From Magallana gigas (Eukaryota), in assembly GCF_963853765.1 (NCBI RefSeq), contig NC_088855.1, forward strand, positions 31,682,001 to 31,746,000: DNA of 64,000 bases. Reading direction: 5' to 3'. Below the pieces are notes generated by a model that was not told where the DNA came from, made no database searches, and was given only the letters and a program-made list of their open reading frames with translations. Below, one piece after another: positions 53,074 through 64,000 of this stretch (position 1 is its first letter; each line of letters opens with the position of its first letter). Both the position numbers and the translations under genes were made by a program.

Positions 53074-54650
53074 CTGGGGCCCGTTTCACAAAGCATACTT
53101 AGGACTAAGTAATATCTTAGGAAAGAACTTTTTCCTAAGTTCCTTATTTATCCGTTTCTCTATTCCAGTCTTATCTTATGAAATTCCTAAGTTATGTCTT
53201 AACTTTAAGACAGGTAAATCGATGTCTTATGAACAAACTTAACATGGCGACTATTTATTTTATAATGAAATGAATTACATGCACATGAAAGTTGAACAAA
53301 AATACAAGAAAAAACGAATTATTAGGACTTGTTCACTTCACTTCCTAAATGAAAACTTTAGAATTATCAAAATAAACATATATTTCCTCAATTAATTTCT
53401 TTTGTGTAGACTTTTAATTTTAACATTATTTTAAGATTATCTGGTCGCACGCGCAGATGGGTAGCGGGTATTGTTATACATTGTAGCTAGTGCACTGATG
53501 ATAATGAAATTAGTCATGCCCGAGAATCACTGATATCTTTAGTAGTTTGATAAAAATAGGAATAAATAATAAATAAAACTCAATTACAAAATGACTGGAT
53601 GATTTGTCCTATCCCTCCACCAAATAAGCTTTTCTTTTACGAAAGAAATATTAGGTGTTTTCTTTGCGTGGGGTGACGGGTTGTTTATTTTAGTTTTTAG
53701 TTGGGAGGGGTAGGAGTGGCCGGCAAGTGGTTTAGGTATGTCGATGTCATCCCTGGGAATGCTGTTTCATTAAGAAATTGTTGCCTTTTATCCTCGCTTC
53801 TTCTATCAGCCAAGATGCATTTATTTGCAATGTTTCCTTTTGTTAAAAAAAAAACCCTATTCTTATATCAACAATGACAAAAAAAACACGCTTTACATTA
53901 AACCTAGTTTAAAAGTTCCACATCTTTCCATTCTAAATCCTACTTGTCACTGCATGTGAATATTGTATACAGTAAAGTCATAATATTTGGATATCTCACC
54001 GGGTATTTGTAATTTAGAATTAAGTATATCTGTATATGTTAACACGGACTTTTAACAATGGACCAACTAGACAAACAAATGCACTCGGTCATTTATAAAG
54101 AATAACAGAAATTCTAGCAGTAATAAATGTTTTCAAATGATTCATGCCGTCAAGAATTATATGTACAGTACATGTAGCAAAAACAAGAAATATACTGCGA
54201 TCTCTCAAATTCAAAAAGTTACGTTTTCAAAGAATATACGGTTTTATTACGTTATTTTTATCTACTCGTGTATGCACGTGAAGGTAAAATATTATACAAA
54301 ATTTCAGGACATGCGCATACGCACTACACTATTTGCACTCTATTTACACGTTTTAACTTTTTTTCTAATTTGTTTCTAGGTGAATAAGGGAATGTGTTTT
54401 TGCGTTTACTTAGAAAGTTTACACCCATGCCATATTGAAAAGAATTTACATAAACGGTATAAGTTAGGAATAACGAAAAGATTTAAAAGTGGCTTACAAT
54501 GTATCTTAAATTTAGTCAACTGCGTTACGCTAAGAAAGTTTTGTGAAACAGCTATGACAAATCTTAGGAACTTCCTAAGTTATAACTTAGGCATATCTTA
54601 AGTTCTGTCTCAGGAAACATCTTAGGAAGTCTTTGTGCAACCGGCCCCAG
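53074..54650. mobile_element. Non-autonomous TIR transposon (probably Harbinger-like), about 1.58 kb
   Basis: ctggggcccgtttcacaaag ... ctttgtgcaaccggccccag (20-bp TIR, 2 mismatches), with subterminal arrays of cttaggaa/ttcctaag at both ends. The target-site duplication is not resolved. Confidence 0.7.
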
Positions 54651-56851
54651 GTGATGACGAGACCTGATGGAGGGGGGGGGGGGGCATTTTCTATTTATTC
54701 TTACATTAACAAAAACATGAAGCCAGTCTCCTACTTTACTTACTTACGCCACCATTGTTAGAAATATACGTTTAACTACAATTGTTTTTGAGAACTCTCG
54801 TACACAAAATTTGTAAGAAAAAAAAAATAATAGAGGAAAAGAAACCGAACGAAAACAATAAGTTCTTTCGTTGCAAACGGAAGACCCTAATGATAGAGAA
54901 TAGAGAAAGAATTCATTTTTCCGGTGTGTATTTTCAGTTTGCATGCGTTCTTCTTGCTAAGTTATAAATGGATCGTTTCAGTAACAATAATGTACTGTAA
55001 CCCTCTATGGTTTTTTTTTTGGGGGGGGGGGGTGGGGTGGGGGTTAAATTTGAATTTTTCGGGTTAGGTACTTTTCCAAAAACAAAATGTAGTGAGTATT
55101 GTATTGTTGCAGCTAGGTCTTACTTACAAAGCCTGCTTCAAAGAATGATACTGCTTCTCTAAAATCAGATAAGAACATTTAGATATACCATTCTCATCTG
55201 TTACATGCAATAACCATGTTCTCTGACTATATTTAACATTGTTAAAGAATTTACAACAATGAGATAATACTTTTCGCAACACACGTCTGCATATACATGT
55301 ATATTTAATCTCAGAATGGTAATTCTGTATGCTTACAATTAGGAGACAATTTATATCGTAAAATTAGCGATATGGATATTGTAAATCATTTATACTAATT
55401 ACATTGATGATAATTATGTTGGTTAATTAATTAGAATCATTGAAACTCTTTTCCCTCTTTTCTAGACTATATATGCACGTTTCGTTGGCTGGTCAGTTTT
55501 ACATTCATGTATGCACAACTTGTGTTCAAATATCTGTATGTCATTGAGTTTTTGCATAGAAAAAAAACATCCAATTTTTATTCATTTGACCGTCTACCAT
55601 ATTTGATTGCGATTGATAGGAGTAGTCGTGTGTGGTCTATTGAAAGTTGGTAGCTTTCGCTTTTGCGTAAATTCATGAAAACTGAAAGTCAAGTTCAAGC
55701 AAAATTTATTTTTTAATGAAATATTTTGAAAATAGACTAAGATATCAGTGGAATTGTTCATTATAATAATTATTTACATTTATAACAGTACAAAATCACA
55801 GGTCTTTTTCTACGAATGATATTTTTCCTTATATAAAACACATTATTAAAAATTGTCCACACATGTTTGTACATGTACATGTTCTTCTAGTACAGTACAT
55901 ACTATAGTAAGATACTAAGCACGTCAAAAGAAGCGAAGTTCATGAGTTGTTTTTTTTGGTTTTTTGTTTTTTTGTTTTTTATTTTATTCTCAATCTATTT
56001 GTGATGATTTATTAAGTTTAATGCGTTATTTAACATTTAAATATTTGTTGACCATTAATATCATGTATTATTGATTGGATTTTATTTTCCCCCACAAAAC
56101 TTAAATGTAGATCCTGATCAAAGCCGATGAAGATCTACATTTTTTTGAAAGCTAATTACACGTACAATTATAGAAACACCCCGTCCTTCAATTAAAAAGA
56201 ATATTATAAAAAAAAATGTTAGTATAAAGAAGTATTATAAACTCCTGTCATGTATAAGCTTTTGATACATCTAACTGTAATTATTTAAATTTCATTAGAA
56301 ATGATTTTATTTTGCAATTTGTTTTGTATAGGTGCGTGGTTGTTTCACTCCTAACTTTAGATAAAACCCCTCCCCTCGTTGTACATACACGTAGACATAT
56401 TATGTAGGTAATAAATAAAAGTCACACCAATAGCGTGTACACTTTTTCAACATCATATTCTAATGTCTACAGTTTTTAATGTGTCCATTACAAGATCATG
56501 GTGGCCTTCAGGTAGCGCTCGATCGTGGCCTGGGGACAGGAGATTAACAATGGCCGACCCATCACATTCCTGCAGACATGCTCAGGTCGTCCATCAAATT
56601 CGATCATAATTCATCTGTCAAGACAATCATCGATAGCCGATTAAGAACATTTGTCTTTCAAGGGGGACCAGAAAGACAACCCCATCTTCGATCTGATTGG
56701 TTAAGATGTATTAATTGTCCGTTTGCTCAGAATGCCATTAAATAGGTATTTTGGCAAGACGAGTCAGTTCTCAAACATGAGCTAGAGCTTGCCTAAGAAG
56801 GACGTTTCAGCACGTCTTTAGAGACTTTTATTTCTTATTCTACAAAGCAAC

Positions 56852-59124
56852 ATGTTGAAATCTATTTCCAATCTTCATTTAAACAGAAAGAAGTCGGACG
56901 ACGGTGAGCAGTTGGTCGATTTCCCATCATCATCTGGAGATGATGCCTCACTTATTACGAAGCTGCGCAAAGGCTATCAACTTGGGCGTCCAGCACTGGT
57001 GAAGAAAACCGGGAAATATCGCGTTACCTACAAGGGCCTGTCCTCCTCCGAGCGGCGCTCGTTCGCCTTAGACTTGTTCCAGACTCTCATAGACCTAAAA
57101 TGGCGATGGGCAACTCTGGTATTTGTGTTCACCTTTTTCATTGTATACTTTGTATTTGCGGTAATATGGTACATTTTGGCAAAAGCGCACGGAGACTTTG
57201 AAAATCTTAATAATCCAACGTGGACACCTTGCATAGAAAGGGCAAAAACGTTTGCCGATCTTCTACTGTTCTCAATCGAGACACAAACGACAATCGGGTA
57301 TGGAACCTTCTATCCAAACACGTCATGCAGTGGCAGTTTGTTACTTGTCTTCGTTCAAATCACCGTGGGCTTTCTCTTGGAAACGCTTCTGGTCGGGTTT
57401 CTTCTAGTGAAGTTGTCAAGACCAAAGCACAGACGGCATACACTTCTGTTTAGCGAAAAGGCACTCATTTGCAAAGAAGACGGAGACCTTTGTTTGGAAA
57501 TACGAGTTGGGGATTTGCGGAAATCCCATCTCGTGGATACTTCATCCTTTGGAATCTTCGTCAGCGAAAAGGTTTCCAAAGAGGGAATTGTTTACCCTCT
57601 GTACCAGCAACAGATGGAGTTTGAGGCACACCAAATGCAGGATCGGGTCTTCATGATGTGGCCGCTGATATTGAGACACAAAATTAACGAAGACAGTCCC
57701 TTGTATGAGATGACGTTTGATCAAATGTTGTCAAATACGTTTGAACTTATCATTATCTTGGAAGGAACCATTGAAGCAACCGGAGAAATATGCCAAGCCA
57801 GAACATCGTATTCATCGAAAGACATCGTCTGGGGCCACCGCTTTGTCAACATGATCGACTTTGACAACGACAACGGTCAGTGGAGCGCTAACTTCGAGAA
57901 ATTCAACGCCACGGTCCCTACCCCCACCCCGAAATGCAGCGGGAAACAGCTGGCGGAGATTTACGGAGCGTCCAGCCGGACAAACCAGGCGCAGGAGACG
58001 GAGAACCTCGGGGGAACGTTCTGGAGGTCCCAGAGTCAAATCATCACCCCCATGACAGAGGAGACCAGTCTTACAAAGATACCTGACCGACGGTAAGGTA
58101 TGTTTTGTTTTCTTTCTTAGAGGGCTTCATGGTGATCATGGTCATTCTCATACTATTTACGTCTCCTGGGTTTGAGAAAATATTGGACGATATAGTCAAA
58201 ATCAGATTCAATTTCAGAGTCAGAAATTGTGGGTTTTTTTCTTTTCTGAATAATAGTTTATGTCTAGAAAAATCAATTTATTAAAATTATTTAGGAATAT
58301 GTTTGGAAATTGTCGATCACCCAGTCGCTCCATCCTTCTGCATGTTTATTGTGTATCTCTTTTGCTTTGCACATTGATTACTTTTGGATATATACCGGTT
58401 ATGTATTGAGTTTTCTTCATACTATATAAAGTACCATCTTTAAAGAAGGGTTTCTATTTTTTTGAGTTTCCTGTAATGTTTGTTTGCTTGTGTACGAAAG
58501 TGAATTCCGAGGACTTGGCAGCAACGAAACGCGTGATGTTAATTGTGTCCGTTTCTGCAATTAAAGAATATAACGAATTGTAGAAAACGACACAATATAC
58601 AGAACGTGAACGATCATCAGACGACAGATGCTTAACAACATTGTGGAAATGGATTCTTGTTTGGTTTTTGTCCGAAAAAAATTTCATTATTGATTTGTTT
58701 TGTGGTACTAGTATTCTTTTCTTCAAAGTGAACAAATGTATTGATTTTGTTTTATGAGATTTTAGATTAATTTGTACACTATATATCATAATTCTCTCAA
58801 CATTTTGTTAGCTTTATATTCTTCAATTGTTAATTCTTATCTTATTTTGAACATGTTCTTTGTTGTTCCGAAATTTGTTCCGATATATTTATACTTTATT
58901 TTATTTTTTTTCAACTTTCAGACTACCGTATTTAAAAAAAAAAATTAAATTATTTTGTTAAAAAATAGAAAATTTATACACCATTTATTCAATTCTTTTT
59001 TAAATTTGTACTTTTTAACTTTTTCAGACCCCGATCTTACCGACACAGTAGAGCACCATTGTCCTTTAGCGGATTCCAGTCCCAGCACCTTGAAATGGGC
59101 CGCGTTCTCAACATCTACAAATGA
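56852..59124 (+). CDS. Inward-rectifier potassium channel (Kir/KCNJ family), paralog 2
   Basis: Exon 56852-58092 holds LIDLKWRW, FSIETQTTIGYG, QITVGFLLETLLVG, IRVGDLRKSHL, LEGTIEATG, WGHRF. Donor CG|GTAAGG joins in phase to exon 59028-59124 (RPRSYRHSRAPLSFSGFQSQHLEMGRVLNIYK*). The unspliced ORF stops at 58096. Confidence 0.93.
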
Positions 59125-60001
59125 CCCGTTACCAGTCTAGTTTTCAAATTACGTGTACTGTAGAAATGGCATTCTGCAAAACTTTGTTAATTAGTTTATG
59201 TCAAAGCCAAATTGTAGTTTTTAATTTGAAGTACATATGTACATGTACTTGTGTGTTCTATTATTGCATGTAGCTACATGTAGGTTATTATTCGTCATTT
59301 AATATTTTTTATCTGCAAGTCCTGGTGGGGTGAAACTCGAAAAATTGAATTGTCTTTAAATGACCTGTGCTATGCTCATAAAAAATTGAGCTCAATTAAT
59401 GATATTAATTCCTTATATAAATCCACACTCGTTAGAAATAGATTTAAGGTTCAAATTCTAATTTTTGCAAAGGCAATCCTTACATCAATTTGTCAACGAC
59501 GAATCTTGTTAAAGGTCTACATTTCTCTATTGAAAATATATTAATGAAAACTCGGATAATGTATACTTTTAAAATATTCTTCATTTGCCATAATTAAACG
59601 AAATAGATAAGGAGAACCTACGATTTTCTAGTAATTTGTCGGGTTTTTTTTATCAATATTATATGCGATTTTTTTTTTATTAAACAAACACATTTTCAAA
59701 AAGGCATGTCATTTTTCAAGTTTCACCTCGGGATAATTCTACAATTATGATATAATGAATTTGTAAACGAAATCCGAAAGTTCATATAGTATCCATCGCG
59801 CGTGCGCAGTCCCATACCAAACAATAGGGAGAGTGATGTCTCTTTCATTCAGCATATCTTTGAAATGTAGTTAGATGTTAAACTTTATATTATACTTTCA
59901 TGAAACATTTTTGACTTTGATGAACATTCATATTCCATTAAATGACTCATATTTCTAATCACATTTCTTTGTTTTGTTATTTTCTTCTTTGTGTGTGTGT
60001 T

Positions 60002-60032
<31 letters not shown>

Positions 60033-61656
60033 TGGAAAGGAATACGGTTTTATGAACTGCTTTTCAGAAATGAAACATCATTTTTACTATCATGGTTCCA
60101 AAACGTCTAATTATATACTACATATATATGATAGTACATGTATCTGGTAGATTTATTTCTAATCGTGTATTAATGTCTTAAAAATTTCGGAAATTTTTTT
60201 ACGCTCCTGGGTATGATCAATGCTATATAAAAATACAAGGTTATGTGTAAATGTCCTTATAGTGATCTATGTATTCTAAAATTAGCTGTTTCTTTTTTAC
60301 TGACAGTATACCCAAGTTTTGAAACACAAATATCATCATAGAAGTAAAAAAAAATATGATAAAAAATATCAATAGGTCTTTCCAGAGAAAAGTGGGGAAT
60401 AATTATAAAGTAAAGCTCATACTATAACAGCATTGTTTTATTAAAAAAAAAAACATCATGGAACAAACTCTTTGGTCTTCATAAACTAATAATATACAAA
60501 AATAAAATGCAACCCTAAAAATGATGATTGATGATCCGATGTACAACTGTGTGGCCTTAGCTGCCTGAGTATTATATGAATTTTAATACAAAATGTATCT
60601 ATCAAATTTCCCTGATATTTTCTGACAAACACACAAGACAAGAGTTGTAAGCATGACGCAAACTTGTTTAAAGGCTTAAAAGTTCAGAATTCTACTGTAC
60701 CTAGCCCAAAACACAAAACTACCTGTGGGCATAACAACCAAGTACTTCAAATGCTGACATACCAGTATCTATACTTTGGCATTTGGTTTATCAAATAAAA
60801 AAGGCTTAGTTATTAAAATACTGCAGATAGTTGATCTTAAAAAATCTCTATCTAAGAGCTAAGTTAACGATAAAATAAATTTATGGCTTATTATTATTTT
60901 TTAGCTTTTAGATGCCAAAAAAGAAAGAAAAGAGAATTGATTGTCATATATGTGCATGTGGATTGTAAGAGAGTGCATCTAAGATTTTCAAAACTAATCC
61001 AGATATATATCAAAATAAGGAGGTACATGTACATATATACCAGTATGTAAATATGGATAAATTCTAAACTACACCAAGATATCTGAAAGTCTACTGAACA
61101 TACATTGTATTTATACATCAATCTAAAATATATATCAATATTTTTAAAAAGGAAAAAAACAAACAAGAATACTAGTAACGAGAAAACTAAAGGCTGTTAC
61201 AAAATCAAAAGTTCAAGTCTGTTTTCAGATATTCTTTGTCTCAAATTTTTTCTCAAGGTAAACTTGCCGTGAGTTTAAATAAACTGCACATTTTCCATTC
61301 CTAAAAATTATGACAGATAGAAGGCAAATGACAAACACTGATAGCATTATGCAATTGAGGACTAGAATAGAGAAACTTGTATTTGAAAAGATTGCAATCA
61401 ATCCCAACCAATTTACACACAAAAAGAAATGAACAAAAAAATTCAACTGGAATTTTTCTAACATACTGTTCATGGCAACAATGAAATGATGAGACATTCA
61501 TTCATGTTGCATGTACACCAGATGAGTTGCGTAATAACAGGTAAGACATTTCATAGCATGATCCTTATTCCTCATTGAATCAGCAGAATACAAGACAACT
61601 GTGTCAGCAGCAGATCTTGAGCACCATAGGTTTGACAAGTTTGAGGATATTGTCCG

Positions 61657-64000
61657 TTAATTTGGCTTTTTCTTCTTCACTATTTTGATCTTTGAGTTTT
61701 GTCCCTGTGGTCAAAAAGAAAATGATAATAGAGCTGAGGATTCCTATTGTAATGAAATCTTAGCGTATCAAACTCAAAACAAAATAAATTATAATAACAT
61801 CGCTTGCATACATGCATAAATACTTATAAAACTACCGGTACTAAAGAATACCTAACTATGTTTATTTAAAATTTCAGATATTCAATTTCATATACATGTA
61901 GTTAAATCAACTGAAAGACATCTATCCCTGAATAATTATTTGGTCTCTTTCTACTGAAATTTGAATGGATTGTGTGTTTCGATGACATCAATATTGTTTT
62001 AGAAATACAGGATCGGTTGAGATAAATCAGAACCCAATATTACATGTAGAGTAAACAAACTTTTATTCGCAATTACTCTATATTGCTATTTACCAGAGAT
62101 AAACTGGTTCACGGCAACAAATTTTCATAATCAAGATTTATATTTGATGATTGGTTCGTGGTGAAAAAATTAATGTGGCTCTTGAAAACCTCACGAAAAT
62201 TCCTTGTCCACAAATAAAAATGACGGTTGGTTTTTATAATTATCCATAATTCAACACTCACACTGCCAACTTGCACAGCTTTGAGGCCGAGATTGTCTGC
62301 TTCCTCTATCATACAGGCGATCTCTCCCAGCGTCAGCTTGTATGATGTGAAGGGAATCTCAGTCAGCTCGGGGTTGTTCTTAAACTCCCTGCAATTTGAA
62401 GCAAATTAATAACAATTTCTGATCTATAACCAATCAAGGTTTGACAAATTGCATGGATTCGTTTTTTAAATCCGTTTGATTCAAAACAAAATATTTCTGA
62501 ATTTCTACATTAACTTAATTAGCCATCTCTATTTTTTTTCACTAATACATGAATGTATACATGTACATACAAGTTACAATTATTCAAGGTTAATGTAGAA
62601 ATGTGTGTTTGGTACGTGTAATTTTGACTTAAAGATTACATAAAAACAGTAACATGTACAAAAATATGTTTGAATGTACATCAAAGACAACCCTTACATT
62701 AAATTCTCGATGGCGAACTGACGGAATTTCTCCGACACTTCCATACACTTTTCCTCTGCTTCTTGGTGTCTTCTGTTTTCTTTCTCTTTTTCTTAAAACA
62801 AAAAAGCACCTTTAAATCAGTATCAAAGAGACTTAACATACAGTACTAAACACTGTTACCAGTAATCAATGTATATATGCCCTTAACCTTTGACCTCACC
62901 TTCCTCAGAAATGCCCTGGGGTTGGGAAAACATCCTTCTGTAGGTCTCCTTTTCTACCAACCCAAACTGCTTGATTGATCTGGTAAAAATCAAAAAGACA
63001 ATTCTGTCAAATCTACTGTTATTTACTTCATCTAAGAATCACACATCAACAATCTTATTACATTTTGATACAACTGTTTACATATCGTCTGGATAGAAAA
63101 ATTACCATTGATACCCAAAATGAACATTTTCATCAAAAAAGGTCTTATGTACCAGACATTAAAAAGTATTTAGCAATTTTCATTACCAGTATTCTATTAA
63201 AGAATTACCTAAATACACAGTCAAAACTCAATTTTTAAAACTCAATAGGATTAAGATAAAATCTCTGAATCTGAGGTTTTAAGATGTAGAAGCTAAAAGA
63301 CATTAATCTGATAAAATTATAAACAGTACATAATGTGAACTCCCAGCTACATGTACCTTGAAAACGTATTGACTGTTTTAAGATTTCAATGTGGGAGAGA
63401 CCAAAATTCAACTATGATATTAATTAGTAATATTTCTTAAAATGAATATGATACACTTTGTACAATATTAATAACTTCTTCATCATTCAGTTGGAATGAA
63501 GGACTCCAGTTACCTGTCCAGTGCGACCAGTTCATTGTTAACAGACATGTTTCTTCCCCCGGAGAGTCTCTGGGCTGCTTTCAGTTTGTCTCTAGCTTGT
63601 TCAAAGTAGGACTGACTGTGCAGAGCCTGTAAAATTTCACAAATATTGTCAAAATCATGCATACTCAAACCAGATCACTAACGCAAAGAGGAAAAGAGAA
63701 AGGAGAAGTGTCTAGAGAAAAATCCATATTTGACAACAAAGTTATTAACAGATTCGTGGCAGTCTAAAAATTGTAACCAGTTATAGTTTTCCCCCCAATT
63801 ATATATGAATGAAGAAGTTAGAAAATCCATGAGGACAAATAGGATTGTTAAAAAATATTTTAAAACAATTTTTTATAAAAGAAAAAAAAAAATTTTTATT
63901 TGTACATGTATTTGTCTTATAATATACCTTGCCGTAATGGTAGAGAGCCTTGGTCTTTGAGGTGTTGTCAATACCACGGATCTCCAGGGCTCGTTTACAC
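61657..64000 (-). CDS. FKBP6: FKBP6/Shutdown-like TPR co-chaperone, 3' part, with an R3H-like C-terminal extension (5' end outside the window)
   Basis: Exons >64000-63928, 63626-63514, 62979-62900, 62791-62698, 62388-62262 and 61704-61657 read ...KALYHYGKALHSQSYFEQARDKLKAAQRLSGGRNMSVNNELVALDRSIKQFGLVEKETYRRMFS. From recalled FKBP6 sequence this matches the pattern KAL..G.A...ARD.L..AQ...NNEL..L...EKE...RMF. About 100 further residues follow. The gene symbol is tentative. Confidence 0.65.

Noticed and set aside
58093-58096. Treating Kir paralog 2 as a single-exon retrogene
   Set aside because: A strong donor and an in-phase downstream exon exist, and there is an acceptor-like tract before the ATG.
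1-64000. rRNA, tRNA or autonomous transposase/reverse-transcriptase genes
   Set aside because: No recognisable rRNA or tRNA signature and no long unexplained ORF was seen by eye; tRNAscan-SE and Infernal were not run.

Overview
Intron-rich, AT-rich eukaryotic DNA, most likely from an ostreid oyster (Crassostrea/Magallana-like). This is inferred from a ~167-bp Cg170-like satellite carried in a Helentron/HINE-type element. Most short ORFs in the track are noise, so I rebuilt spliced genes by hand from splice sites and phase continuity. In order: (1) a minus-strand Cys-rich, mucin-stalk protein (3' end unresolved); (2,3) two tandem plus-strand ADAMTS-like metalloproteases, about 1070 and 1284 aa, with one TSP1 repeat followed by MAM domain, Thr/Ser stalk, transmembrane helix and cytoplasmic tail; (4) a protease-free MAM-stalk-TM receptor with a Tyr-rich tail and the same exon architecture as the protease C-terminal halves; (5,6) two tandem minus-strand short collagen-like secreted proteins sharing an unrecognised C-terminal motif; (7,8) a head-to-head pair of inward-rectifier K+ channels; (9) the 3' part of an FKBP6/Shutdown-like TPR protein with an R3H-like extension. 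Introns carry several non-autonomous DNA transposons and microsatellites, and there is one 200-N assembly gap. The best candidate for an undescribed system is the 6.1-36.6 kb cassette of two membrane-tethered ADAMTS-MAM proteases plus a MAM-only receptor. All gene models are manual predictions with no expression or database evidence.
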